Source: Eledone cirrhosa
Taxonomy: Eukaryota
Length of the DNA stretch: 64,000 nt
NCBI GenBank assembly: GCA_964016885.1
Contig: CAXHJY010001656.1
Location: forward strand, 33,379-97,378
Direction of reading: 5' to 3'
This document shows positions 39,818 through 53,879 of this stretch, one piece after another. Position 1 is the first letter of the stretch; each line of letters opens with the position of its first letter. Under the pieces are notes generated by a model. That model did no database searches. It saw only the letters and a program-made list of their open reading frames with translations, and was not told the DNA's origin. The translations under genes were made by a program, and so were the position numbers.

Positions 39818-41007
39818 AAGTGATTTAATGTAATTTAAATTCTGGTTATTTTTATTCATTTATATATATGCTCTGCGATTGGAAATTTACTGATTGGATA
39901 AAACCCTGAACCATTCTTACCTATCTTGCTGTGGTTTATAAAATCATATTTGAACTTCGAAATAATTTTTACTTTTATATGGTAAGAAGAAGACAGATGT
40001 ATGAAAGTAGTGTGTGAAAATTAGGAAATGAAGTTATACAGATGTGTGTGTGTGTGTGTGCTTGAATGTGTGTGATTGTCTGTTGTGTAGGCTTGTATAC
40101 AAATATAATACACACACACACACACATACACATAGCTATAGACAGCTCTTGCCATATCACTGACCTAAGAGTGAATACATCTAAACACAACCACAAGGAT
40201 ATGGCCCAAACTAAGAAGAGCCAAACTCCTACTGTCATCACCTCCATCTCTCTCGCCCTCCTCATCTCTCCGTATGGTGAGCAAATGGGATCTCCCGTGC
40301 TGGCAACCCCACAGCCCCGGCAAACAGAATGAAGAAAGGGCATCCAATTGTAGAAACCAAGTCAAAATCGGTTCTGTATGAGCATGACATGGTCACCTGA
40401 CCTAGCATTGCTTACAACAGGATAACTCCTTTAACCCATCCCAGCGTGGAAAAATGGATATTAAATGGTGATATTCATGATGATGATGATATCCCTAAAT
40501 ATAAAAGCAATGTTGATTTTGGCAGGATTTGAACTCAAAATAAGTGTGATATTGAAATAGATAACTTTAGAGCATTGATATCAGTGCTTTATATTCTCAT
40601 ATAATATATATATAATATATAATGTATATAATATATATATGTAAATGTATAATATATATATATATGTATAATATATAATATAAATATCTATAATATCTAT
40701 AATATATATATAGTATATAATCTACTGAGGTTTAAGTTTGATAATAGCTTCTTTCTGTGATACCATTTAGATAAAATAGAAGACAGAGACTGGTTATATC
40801 CATCTGCTGTGGTAGTTAATTGTCACCTGGAGAAATAATTTACTCCTTTCCATCTGCTAGAGAAGTTTAACTATGTTTGTGATGGAATAAATAGCTTTAC
40901 CATCATTTCTCTGCAGAACTAGTTTATTACTGTCTGTTGTCCTCTTGTGTGAATTCATCTGAAATGCTTTGAATAGTTGTTAATTAATTCACTTCTGCTA
41001 CAGTGAT

Positions 41008-41553
41008 AATAATGGTTTCTGCTTTTAGGCCCAAGGCCAGCAATTTGGGGGGAAGGGGAAAGCCGATTAAATCAACCTCCAGTGCATTACTGGTAGTTTA
41101 TTTTATCAACCCTGTAATGATAAAAGGCAAAGGTAACCTCGGTGGGATTTGAACTCAGAATGTAACATTAATAATAATTGTTTCTACTTTAGGCACAAGG
41201 CCAGCAATTACCCAGTGCATTACTGGTACTTTATTTTATCGACCCCGTAAGGATGAAAGGCAAAGTCAACCTCGGCGGGATTTGAACTCAGATTGTAAAG
41301 GGACATAACTATGCTGGAAAGCATGGCGTCCGACCCTCTACCGATACTGCCAATCCACAATAATATTAATTGTTTTTACTTTTGGCACAAGGCCAGCAAT
41401 TAGTCCAGTGTATTACTGGTGCTTTATTTTATCGACCCCGTACGGATGAAAGGCAAAGATGACCTTGGCGGGATTTGAACTCAGAAAGTAAAGGGCCATA
41501 ACTCTATGATGCAAGGCATGGTGTCTGACACTCTACCAATACTGCCAATCCAC
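41008..41553 (-). mobile_element. Stack of three head-to-tail SINE family A copies
   Basis: Units begin after (aat)n at ~41008, 41172 and 41367. Confidence 0.92.
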
Positions 41554-41831
41554 AATAATAATAATAATGATTTCTTTATTCACCACACAAGAGCTCACAT
41601 TAAGAAAACATTGGGGGGGTGTATGTGTGTCAAAAACCTAAAAAAAATAAACATTTGAAAATCTAACAAATTAAAGCAAATTCCTCAATAGGGGAAGAAC
41701 TTATGTAGGGACATCTGCTGAACTTTCATCCTTGTTATGTAGTAGGATTTAACCCTATGTATACACTCATACACATGATGATGATATATATGTACATGTG
41801 TCTTAAGGTCATTTTCCCTGCTAACACTAGC

Positions 41832-42071
41832 TTAACCCTTTAGTATTTAAACCAGTTGCATCTGGTCAGAATTCTCTCCCCTGTTTCTGTTCAAACCGGC
41901 TGCTCATACTGATGTTAAGGTATTATTCTCAAAATAAATAATATCAAAATCTCAGATTCGATATTATAAATAATATACAAATCTCAGATTCGATATTATG
42001 TGAGGTAAAAAGCCTTTACCAATAAAATATAATAGTATATATAGAGAGTAATGTAAATGCTAAAGGGTTAA
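41832..42071. mobile_element. Complete piggyBac-type MITE
   Basis: TTAA-ccctttagtattt ... aaatgctaaaggg-TTAA. Other copies at 56169-56387, 45400-45496 (right end) and 50462-50572 (interrupted). Confidence 0.88.
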
Positions 42072-42241
42072 CAATGACAAGGTTATATTACTAAATCTCT
42101 CCAAATTCTTGATTATTTTCAAAATTATTTGAAAATCATAAGCTGTGTCTGTAATTAGAAATATGGTAATGAAAGGATTAAAGAAAAATTGAGGATGAAC
42201 AAATAAAATTTAAACTTATATAAGCATATTTATTATAATAA

Positions 42242-42989
42242 CTAGCAGAAAAACCACACTTCGCGTGGTTTTTGCTAGCATATGTAGTGTGTATATTGAT
42301 ATTATACGCAGGTATATATACATGTAGATATGATACATCAAATAAAATCGTAATTGACAATATACACAGAAATTGAACGAAGACGTTGTTACACTGTCTT
42401 ATGTAATCAGTAACGTAATCCATGATACATTAAAAGAAGACGATATTATATATAAACTGCATTAGGAGAAAATTAGTGACAGAAAATTAGTATGTTTATT
42501 TAAGTGATCGCCACCAGAAGTGTTGACATCACACACTCTCTCTTTCTATATATATGGTAGTTGAAGTGGTGGTGGTGGCAACGATATACCTGAAGTGCAA
42601 CTTTGAAAAGAAGTCAATTTTAAATTATTGATTTTTACGAAATTATTTTTGTTTACAAAATTTAGTAGATAAATTATGTAATATTCATTCATTATTTGTT
42701 CAAAGTAGGCGGTGGATTGGCACTATCGGTAGAGGATCGGACGCCATGCTTTGCAGCAAAGAGTTACGGCCCTTTATGATCTGAGTTCAAATCCCGCCAA
42801 TGTTAACTTTGCCTTTCATCCTTACGGGGTCGATAAAATAAAGTACCAGTAATACACTGGGGTAATTGCTGGCCTTGTGCCAAAAGTAGAAACAATTATT
42901 TATTCAAAGTAATCCAACTTATTTTACTAACGGGATAAAAAAAATAAACCGTACGCAGTCCCGCAGACCTTCCTTTATTATAGTTTAGA
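42242..42989 (-). mobile_element. Non-autonomous Helitron-like element, copy 2, with a nested SINE
   Basis: Minus strand starts A|TCtaaactataataaag and ends in hairpin aaaaaccacgcgaagtgtggttttt plus CTAG|T. A family A SINE at 42707-42900 is flanked by ttcaaagta repeats. Confidence 0.85.
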
Positions 42990-43361
42990 TTGATTCTATC
43001 CAGATTGTATTTTTTCTGATGTCTCTTTTTCTATCACCAGCACCGTCATCACTGATAACTCTTATATAATGAAAGACTGTTTTTCAGTAATAATGGTGAT
43101 GCTGGTATATAAATATATTTTGTGGTTGGGAACCTGCTGTTGTTATTATTATTCTAGCTAAATACTTCCCCAACTACAATAGCCCCTTGTGATTTTGTCC
43201 CCTACTGTGTGTGTGTAACTTTGGTTATGCTACAATAAGCGAACCTCCACTCCCATTCCAGCACACTGTACACCATTATTATCATTGCTTTCACCACCCC
43301 AATACACCACCAATACCAGCAACAGCATCTCTTCACCATTACATTATTTTTACGTAGTTAG

Positions 43362-43656
43362 TAATAATTGTTTCTACATTGGCATAAGGCCAGCAATTAC
43401 CCCAGTGCATTACTGGTGCTTTATTTTATCAACCCTGTAAGGATGAAAGGCAAAGCTAACCACGGCTGGATTTGAACCCAGAACGTAAAGGGTCATAACT
43501 CTATGCTGCAAAGCATGGTGTCTGACGCTATACCAATACTGCCAATCCACTGCCCTAATAATAATAATGATTTCTGATTAAGGCACAAGGTAAAGGGTTG
43601 TAACTCAATGCCACAAAGCATGTAGTTCGACGCTCTACTGATTCTGCCAATCCACC
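43362..43656 (-). mobile_element. SINE family A plus an internally deleted second copy
   Basis: The second unit joins aaggcacaagg directly to taaagggttgtaactc. Confidence 0.85.
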
Positions 43657-44258
43657 AATAATAATTTCTTTTATTGGCCACAACATTAGAGAAGTATAAG
43701 AACACAAAATAATATTAAGTGTGGTTTAAGTGCCACTAAAACTGGTGTCTCAAGATGGTAAACTATGAAACACTAATTGCTCTCCTGCTTTGTTGTCTCT
43801 AATGTCTGACTTGAACCCAGACTTTCTTCACGCCAGTGCTTATCCTTGGTTTCTGTGGCATTAAGCAACTGAGAGTACAAGATCACCACCCCCGAACTGA
43901 ACAGCAGCTCATTGCAGGGTTAAACTGCCAGCTACTGCTGGTACTCATTTTCAGCTGAGTATAATGGAGCAACATGAAGAGATATGAATAGAACACAACA
44001 CATAACACAGCTCAGGAATTGAACTCACAGCATTATAATCGTAAGTCAAAAACCCTTACCACTAAGCCATGCACCTTCACTTGAACTCAAAAAGTAAATG
44101 GCTGTAACTATATGTCCCAAAGCATGTTGTCTGATGCTCTAGCGAAACAGCCAATAGACCAGTAGTTTAGTATTAAGGGAGTATAATAATGTAATTTATG
44201 AATGAATCAAAATTTGCTGTTGTTGGTGTTACTACTACTATTATTATTATTATTTTTA

Positions 44259-44466
44259 TTGGCAGTATCGGTAGAGTGTTGGACATGCTTTGCGGCTTAT
44301 AGTTGTATCACTTTATTCTCTGAGTTCAAATCCCACTGAGGTTATCTTTGCCTTTCATCCTTATGGAGTCAATAAAATAAAGTACTAGCAATGTACTAAG
44401 GTCGATTTAATTGACTTTCTCCTCCCCTTCAAATTGCTGCCTTGTGCCTATAGTAGAAATTATTAT
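44259..44466 (+). mobile_element. SINE family A, older variant
   Basis: tggcagtatcggtagag..gagttcaaatcccactgaggttatctttgcctttcatcc. A further fragment lies at 45075-45200. Confidence 0.85.
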
Positions 44467-45699
44467 TGTTGTTGTTGTAGGATGATATTAAGACACTTGC
44501 CAACAATAGCCACTGTTATTAGGGCTCCACATGGTTGAGTAATTTCTTTTGAGGAAACACAGGACTAATTTAGTGAAGGTGATAATGGTAGTGGTGATGT
44601 TGTCGTTGTTGGTGTTGGTGGTGGCAATAGTGTGGAAGTGTAGTCAATAGAATTGAAACCACTATCTCTACTGATAGCTATTTTAGTACCTCCTTCCCTG
44701 GAGAGCTGAAAGTCAACAGCCTGACCTCCTTCTCAGTGGGACTAGTTCCACAGTATAAACACAAAGATGAGGTGTCAAGGTTTAGAGACTTATTGGTATC
44801 TCCTGTTATCTACCAGCAAAGCAGTACTCTACTGTTTGTATTGACTCTACCATCTCATCTGAATAAATATTATGTGATGAACAGATAAGGGAGACCAAGT
44901 CTTCCCCTTCTCCATCTGCTAAACAGTATAACAATATTTACCCAGATGATAAATCATATCACATAGGATGGGGAAAAAATTGATTATCTTTATATAAAAG
45001 AAAAAAAAAAAAATAATAACTTCAGAATTTTTGCTTTTCCATCTTTGTTACTGTGCTGCACATATTTAATGTCAATGAGGTTAACTTTGCTTTCCATCCT
45101 TCTCGGGTCAATAAAATAAAATACTAGTCAAATACTGGGGTTGATATAAACGACTTTCCCTCCCCATGAATTGCAGGCCTTGTGCCTGTAGTAGAAATCA
45201 TATTCATTTAAGTTTTTTTCAATAATAGTTTGTACCTAGCTTTAAAAATTGCACACAAAGTTACTGGAAAAAATCAATTGTGTTTAATATTATAGAATAA
45301 AAAGAAAATGAAACAAAATCAACACCACACACACACACATATAATGGACTCACCCATTAACAATGCCATATATATATATATATATATATTGGAATCCCCC
45401 ATATCAAGATCTCATAGATTCTATATTATGTGAGGTAAAGCCTTTACCATGAAAATATAATAGTAAATATAGAGTAATGTAAATGCTAAAGGGTTAAGCA
45501 AATGTCTGACGCCCCTGCTTATTCCAACTCCACTATTATTTGGGACCTGAGACTAGGTGTTTTACCTAATGTGCTGTGTTCCTCAATTGAACCTAGAACC
45601 ATGTGGTTGCAAAATGAATTCTTAACCACATGGCTATGAGTCACCCTGAAAAATGTTTCCAGTTAATCATTTCAGTTATGCTTCATTTATTTCTCACAC

Positions 45700-45717
45700 T
45701 CTTTTCCCTCCTTTCTC

Positions 45718-45791
<74 letters not shown>

Positions 45792-45887
45792 TACCTTCCT
45801 CTCTTTCTCTCTCTCCCTCTCTCTTTTTTTCTCTTTCTCACATTATCTTCCTTCCTTTCTCTCTCTCTCTCTTTCTCACACTACCTT

Positions 45888-45920
<33 letters not shown>

Positions 45921-46100
45921 ACCTTTCTTTCTCTCTCTTTCTCATGTTCAGTTTATTTCTTACTTTCTCCTTCTCACACTCTCCCTCTCTTCTTCCTCTT
46001 CCATCTTTCTCTTTCTTGCCTTTTCTGTCATCTTCTCACTTTCTTTTCTGCTCTCTCTTGTTTTCTCTTTCTCTCGTTCTGTCTCTCCTCCTCTCTATCT
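45700..46100. repeat. (CT)n-rich polypyrimidine tract
   Basis: Direct reading. Confidence 0.95.
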
Positions 46101-46209
46101 CAGCTGCTTGATATGTTATATGTATAACTAATCAGCTGGGAGGCTAACATCTTATCAATATAATTTTCTCTGTTGATATATATATATATATATATATACA
46201 CATACATAC

Positions 46210-46268
<59 letters not shown>

Positions 46269-46290
46269 AATATATATATATATAAATATA

Positions 46291-46895
46291 TGTTGGTATG
46301 GTCACGTGATGCGCATGAAAGATGACAGCTGTATATAAAAGTGCAGGGTGATCAAAATAGATGGTAGCTACGGAGTAGGCAGACCCAGAAAAACCTGGAA
46401 CGACTTGATAAAATCCGACCTCACACACTTACACCTCACCAAGACAATGTCACTGGACCAAGATCTTTGGCGCTACGTAGTAATACAGAAGACCTGCCTT
46501 GCCTAAGTGCAAAGCAAAACCTACAGTCAGTAGGCACCTCTTAACTAAAATACACCCCCGTCCCACTACTCCTACCCCCACCGCCATCTACACCACCCCT
46601 TTCGATGTAAAGCTATGTTGGTACCACAACATCCAGTCCTAAATAAATGAGGTCGTGTAGGTGTCACGACAAAAAAACACACAGTCCACGCTGTAATGTG
46701 GCCGTGTAGGTAACACGGTAAAAACCTCCCAGTCCACACTGTAAACGTGGTTGGTGTTAGGAAGGGCATCCAGCCATAGAAAACCCGCCAGTTAGTCCTG
46801 AGCAAGACAACCACTCTTGCCTCAAGTGGGACAATTCCCGTCCAGACCCATGCTAGCGTAGAGGATGGACGTTAAATGATGATGATGATGATGAT
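46291..46895 (+). mobile_element. 5'-truncated RTE LINE (ORF C-terminus, 3' region and (GAT)n tail) inserted in a TA tract
   Basis: 46291-46506 translates to [52 protein letters not shown], with the RTE WxGHVxRM and GRPRKTW motifs. Ends cccatgctagcgtagaggatggacgttaaatgatgatg. Confidence 0.92.
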
Positions 46896-46995
46896 ATATA
46901 TATATAAATATATATATACACACACATACATACATATATATATATACACACACACATACATACATATATATATATATATACACACACATACATAC

Positions 46996-47028
<33 letters not shown>

Positions 47029-47078
47029 TACATATATCATCATCATCATTTAATGTCCATCTTCCACGCTAGTATGGG

Positions 47079-47136
<58 letters not shown>

Positions 47137-47257
47137 TGTATATACACACACATGTATATACACACACATATATATACACACACATACATATATGTATATA
47201 TACACACACATATATATATACACACACATATATATATATACACACACACATATATAT

Positions 47258-47298
<41 letters not shown>

Positions 47299-47373
47299 TA
47301 CATACATACACACACACATATATACATATATATTTATATATATATACACACAAACACATATATATATACACAC

Positions 47374-47404
<31 letters not shown>

Positions 47405-47634
47405 TATATACATACATATGTATATATATTTATATATACACACATATGTAGAGGTGAAATGACTATGTATGAATAAAGTATTGGGTTATCAGCTCATATG
47501 ACATTTACTATGGTAGAGACAAAGTTACTTAAATCTTACATGATTTATATAGTATAACCAGAAATATGTAGGCACCATTTCTTCTTGAAATGTTACCTAT
47601 CAATTATCTGGCAATTGAACCATCATTCATCTTC

Positions 47635-47962
47635 TTAACCCTTTCATTAGTTATTTTACTAAATACTTAAAAATCCTTGATTATTTTCAAAATGATTTAA
47701 ACTTTAGAGGCCGTGTCAATATTAAGAATTTGGTTATGGATACCAGCCTGACTGAAACTGGTTCAGGTTCTATGAAACAAAATCACCCATTTTACGGGTT
47801 CTTATTTAAATTAAAATCCAACGCAATTTTATATAAGAACCATATGTTAAATTACTCTCTTAGTCATGAAATAATTAATACTTTTAGTAAATCCCTCGAA
47901 GTCTTCATTAATTAATTGAAATTGAGTGTATTTCATTAGAAATGTAGCCATGAAAAGGTTAA
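47635..47962. mobile_element. Second TTAA-type MITE family
   Basis: TTAA-ccctttcat ... atgaaaagg-TTAA. Right-end relatives near 33915-34032, 42075-42181 and 56870-56982. Confidence 0.7.
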
Positions 47963-48456
47963 ATGAAGAAACAGCTACTAATTTAGCAGCTTAAATGAAA
48001 AGTAGGAGTCAGTAAACCTATCTTTGTAATATTGAAGCATTACAGGTTTTTAGTTGTCAGAAAAATTTCTAATAGGATTGAAGACCGTTGTACCTAGTGC
48101 TGTGATATTTAAAACCAATTTGAAAGACTTTACCTGTCTCATTTTTATCTTGAAGATCTAGCATACACTGAAAAATTTATTAGTCATAAAATAATGAATG
48201 TAATTCATAATGTTGAGTATTCTGATAAAAATGAAAATGATACTGTTGATATGTGTGTTTGTATCCATACACATACACACAGGTATATATATATATCTCT
48301 ATACACACACATATATATATATATATATGTATGTATATATATACACAGAGACACACACACAGCGTGAATAGTGTGGAAAGCGGACATAAATGATGATGAT
48401 ACATTCACTCCTAGAAAGATGAAAAGTGAAAGGTGTATGTTTGTAAGCAAGCATGT

Positions 48457-48536
<80 letters not shown>

Positions 48537-49139
48537 ACGCACACACACACACGCCCTATTAATAAAATAAGCCAATACTTTCTCAGCTTAAATCATTCAT
48601 AGATGTTTCATCACTGGAGTATATATATATAAGCCAACAACAACAACAACAACAATAATTGTAACATCCATTGAAACATCAACAACAACAAAAGCAACCA
48701 GCATTACAACAACAACAACAATGACGATGAAGAAAGCATCGAAAGCATCTACAACAAAGTCAATGTTAAATTAAGCAAATGATGAAATCAATCAACCAAT
48801 CAGATTGATGACTTTGTATTGAACGGAGGATACTCATCCACGCCCACATAAAAAATACAATAGAAATAAATAAATAAATAAATAAAAGAACGAAAGGTGA
48901 AAGGAATGATTTTAAAATAAATAATAAAAAAAAAGAAATTATTCATCAGACATCAGGTAAAAATGGTGAATGGTTGGGTGGAGGTTAACAGAATAGATTA
49001 TTGATGGAAATCTACTGACTGGCTGATCACTTTGTTAAAATCCTTAAACCTCCTATTTTTCAAGGGGTGTGAAATTGGGGACGAGAGAGAGAGAGAAGGG
49101 GGGGGGGGATGAAAAATTGAGGTATGAATATACAGTTAG

Positions 49140-49180
<41 letters not shown>

Positions 49181-49593
49181 TGAGTCACAGACTATTATGC
49201 CTTTCACTTGGTGACTGGTTTTCGATGTGATAATGAATACCCAAATAGCTCTTATCATCATTGTCATCATCATCATCACCATATACATCATTATATTATT
49301 GTTGTTCTCATAAAATCATTACTTATTCTAATGGAGGCTTTGAAGGTTTCTATTGTTGCAGAGGAGGAGGGACTTTGGATAGAAATGGTGCATGGAGAGA
49401 GAGATAGGCTTGTAGCAAGAGAGGCAGGTGCAATTGTTCTAGAGAGTTCACTTAATTGCTTTCATTGTCACTTGGATAGTGAGGATAATAGTAGTGTTGA
49501 TGATAAGAGAATAACAAAAATATTAACTATATATATATATATCATCATCATCACCACCATCATCGTTTAACCTCTACTTTCCATGCTAGCATG

Positions 49594-49637
<44 letters not shown>

Positions 49638-49719
49638 TGTATGCTTATATTCATGTGATGACAAATTCACCAAAACCAAAATATGATGAATGCTATTGTG
49701 TGTGCATAAATGTAGTGAA

Positions 49720-50035
49720 GGTTAGATTATGTGATGCTTGTGTATGGTAAGCGTGGCCATTAAATGTAGAGGATGTATGAAGGTTGGAAAGAAACGAGAC
49801 TAGCATGTTCAGTTAGGTGTGTAATGTTTACTGTGCATGATCGACAAAGCATAGTTAAGTTGAAAGAAAAACTGAGCACGAGGAGAGGTGAATCAGATGT
49901 AGTGTGCAAGAGAGAGGATTGCGCTGGTATGGACATGTGATGTGGAGGCTGTTGATTGTTGGTTGAAAATGTGCCAAAAGTTCCAAGTTGATGGTAGCTA
50001 TAAATGAGGAAGACCAAGGAAAACCTGAGAAGTGG
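49720..50035 (+). mobile_element. Degenerate RTE LINE ORF fragment
   Basis: WPLNVEDV*RLERNETSMFS*VCNVTVHDRQS..LKEKL..IRCSVQERGLRWYGHVM..GRPRKT*. Confidence 0.9.
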
Positions 50036-50197
50036 AGAGAGAGAGAGAGAGAGCTGATTTTAGCATACAGAGGAAATAAAGGAAAATGATGACAGCTATA
50101 GGAGATACATCCATCCCTTGCAAACATGAAAGATAGGAATTAAAAAAATGTACATAAAAAGCATGGCTTACATAAAAAAAACATGCAGGCAAGCATT

Positions 50198-50464
50198 GGT
50201 TAATGTAGGATATAGAAGCTGTAATGTTACCACACCTCATGTGGTATCATGTAGTATTTAATGTAGATTATTGAAGATGTAAAATCATCTCACTTTCTCA
50301 TGTGGTATTTAATGTAGATTATAGAAGCTGTAACATCACCTCACTTTCTCATGTGGTATTTAATGTAGATTATAGAAGCTGTAACATCACCTCACTTTCT
50401 CATGTGGTATTTAATGTAGATTATAGAAGCTGTAACATCACCTCACTTTCTCATGTGGTATTTA
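50198..50464. repeat. 51-bp minisatellite, three perfect plus ~two degenerate copies
   Basis: Unit tgtggtatttaatgtagattatagaagctgtaacatcacctcactttctca. Confidence 0.95.
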
Positions 50465-50986
50465 ACCCTTTAGCATTTACATTAGTCCTACCCATGCTAG
50501 TGTGGAAGATGGACATTAAACGCTGATGATGATGATTACTCTATATTTACTATTGTATTTTCATGGTAAAGGCAAATTAACGTACAATTGGCTAAGCATT
50601 ACACAGGTAGAGCTAACTTTAAGATAGTACTCAGAGAGATTCTGCATGACACAGTGTATGATAATGTTGGTCCTTTGAATTACATCTACAACTCATTTTT
50701 GCCAGCTGAGTTGACTCGTGCAACTTGAAATAAAATGGCTTACTCAGCAGAATTCACTTCGAGGAATTGAGCTCATGTCCTCATGTTTCTGAGTTTAGCA
50801 CTCCAACCACCAAGCCATGCACCTTCACTAATCAGAAACTATATAATAATAAAGTACCTCTTTTTACAATTTCATTCTATTACTTTGCAAGTATCCAGGC
50901 AAACCATTCATATGTGTGTATGTGGACATGTATTATTATTTATACTTGTGTGTGCCAATGTGTTTACTGTTTTATTTATGGAGGTA

Positions 50987-51180
50987 CTGTATATACTCAA
51001 ATATAAGCTGAAGTATATGTGAGCAAAAATTAAATGATAAAGTACGGGTGGCAGGGTCAGCTTATATAAGCCATCTAAACAATGTGTTAATTAGCTGCCT
51101 TGGCTTATAAATGGGGTTTAGATTTTTGCACATTTCTCAGACATAAAATAGGGGGTTGGCTTATATTTGAGGATATACAG
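50987..51180. mobile_element. TA-flanked pogo/Tc1-type MITE
   Basis: TA-ctgtatatactcaaatataagctga ... ttggcttatatttgaggatatacag-TA. Confidence 0.8.
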
Positions 51181-52619
51181 TAAGTATGACCCTTTCCAGG
51201 TTTTCTAAGATTGGTAAAAGAAAAAGAGGAAGGTATCTTCAAAATAGCCAAAATTCTTGCTATAAAGTCGATTTTATTAAATACACCCAAGGCCTATGTG
51301 GTGGTGTTGAATCAGGTGATGGTTTATGTCAACCAACCAACCACCCAAGATTAAGCCTACCACCTCATGAAAAGAAGGGTATTTAACAAAAAATGATTGG
51401 AGCAACATGAATGAAGTGTCTTGCTCAAGGATAGAATACTTTACCCAGTCCAACAATTGTGAACTCAACATCCTAACCTCTAGGCCACATGTCTTTTGTG
51501 TGTGTATACAAGGGTCGACTGACCAAGATATTCTCATGAAATGACCAAATGAGGTTTATGTTTCAACATAGTCCCTGGAAAGAAACAATGCAGTTATGAA
51601 TAAGAAGAGTTGAAATTAATCCATGCAAGATTTCCCAGCTCTAGCATCACTCCTTCATAGTCAGCCTATGAACTATTCTGTACAAACAAGGCTTGCTAAA
51701 AAACAAACAAATAAAATAAATAAATATTGATGAATACATATATGATGACAATAATTAGAGAGATAATGATAGTGATCGTTATGATTATTTTTTCTCTAAT
51801 TGTTGCTTTTTGATATGAATCATATCTTGGGGATAAAACTGTTGCATACAAGCTCATTGAAATCAATGCACAACACTCACATATGTTCATACACAACATA
51901 TAACTGACTTCACATTGAGTTATATGTTTGTATCTGTGTATGTGAGTCTCTCTCTCTCTCTATATATATATATATGTGTGTGTGTATATGGATATATATA
52001 TGTATGTATGTATGTACGTATATGTCTGTGTATATATGTGAGAGTGTATGGATATTTCTGCATATTTCAAGTATTTATTCAACAAAAATATATATTTAGA
52101 TTTCAGAAACAAACAATTTTCCATTGAGAAATTGGAGAGAGAGAGAGGGGGGGAGAATCCTTGTATAAAAGTTGGAAGTAGTTTTACATAACAGAAGGGG
52201 TTTACTTGTAGACCTTCTTCCCTCTTATCTTAGCTTGGTTTGTCAGGTGAATCACACAATAGAATGAAAACTAACCAACCCAAGGTCCTTTTTATAATTG
52301 ATTTCTGCTCCCAAGGCCTCCTTTCCATGCCATCTGTTTTTCTATAATTGATTTTAACACCCCTTTAAGGTAAGGTTGCCCCCCACTTTTTATTAATTTT
52401 ATGTTTGTGTTATATTAGAAAAGAAGAAAAAAAAATGGTAGTTCTTAATATAATTGTGTTTTCATAATAGCCAGTTGTTGTTGTTGTTGTTGTTGTACAC
52501 TACATCAACAGTGTGTGTTGATAGCAGGGGTGGGCAGAGTAGGCCAGGAGGGGTTAGTAGGGTGACGAGGGGTGGTGGTGGTGGAGGAGATAACTAACTA
52601 AAGACCAACCAACAAAGCA

Positions 52620-52692
<73 letters not shown>

Positions 52693-53405
52693 TTACTACT
52701 ACTACTACTACAAGATAACAACAGCAACAATAAATAGTCCTTTTTCCAATTTACTCTTTCCTCTCTTCTCTTTTTCTGAATTGCCCCCAATCAATAACCA
52801 ATAATCAATAGGATTACTAGGTATTCATTCACACTTGAAAAAAAAAATAATAGTCCTTGCTCCTCTGCTTGGTCCAACATACATGTCTTGGAGGTCGGCT
52901 TAAGTGGATAGTGGTTGGTGGTGGTGGTGTGGTGGTAGTTGTGGTGGTGTGGGGTGGTGGTGTGGTGGTGGTGGTGGTGGTTGTGGTGTGGTGGCGGTGG
53001 TGTGGTGGTGGTGGTGGTGGTGTTAGTTGTGGTGGTGGTAGTTGTGGTGGTGTGGTGGTTGGTTAATGATGATGGTGGTGGTGGTGGTGGTGTGGTGGTT
53101 GGTTAATGATGATGGTGGTGGTGTTGGTGGTGATAGTTGTGGTGGTGGTGGTGGTAGTTGTGGTGGTGGTGGTGGTGTGGTGGTAGTTGTGGTGGTGGTG
53201 GTGAAGTTGTGGTAGTTTTGGTGGTGTGTGAGTGTGTGTGTGGAGGGTGGTAGTTGTGGTGGTCGTTGGTTAATGATGATAGTGGTGGGTGATTGTGGGT
53301 TAGTAATGGTTGTGGTGGCGCTGGGGTGGTGGTGGTGGTAGTGGTAGTGGTGTGGTGGTAGATTTGGTGGTGGTGGTAGTGGTGCTGATGGTGGTGGGGT
53401 TGTGG
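52620..53405. repeat. (CTA)n followed by a (GGT)n-rich low-complexity tract
   Basis: Direct reading. A second GGT-rich tract lies at 54420-54675. Confidence 0.95.
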
Positions 53406-53835
53406 GAGATGAAAATGTATTTGTGCATCTATATGTATGTATACATCTATATGTATGCTTGTGTATGAGTTTGAATGTGTGTTTATGTGGATGTGTGAGC
53501 TTGAATGTGTGTTTCTGTATACGTGGCTATGCGTGTGCACATTTTGTGTATGTGGCTATGAGCATGTGTTTCTGCATATTTATATGTATATGTATGTGAA
53601 TATATGTGTCTGCTTCAGTATATATATGTAAATGTATATGTGTATTTCTGTATATTTATTTGAATGTATATGTGTGTTTCTGTATATGTACGTGAATGTA
53701 TTTGTATTTCTGTATATGTGTGTGAATGTATATGTGTGTTTCTGTATATGTGACTGTGTACATGCATGTTTGTGAATGTGTGCCTGTGGATGTGACTAAT
53801 TAGGTGTTTCTGAGTATATGAATATGTCTTTTTGT

Positions 53836-53879
<44 letters not shown>

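Noticed and set aside
49330-49480. Possible CR1/L2 3' fragment on the minus strand (HFYPKSLLLCNN)
   Set aside because: The similarity is too short and degenerate to support by eye.
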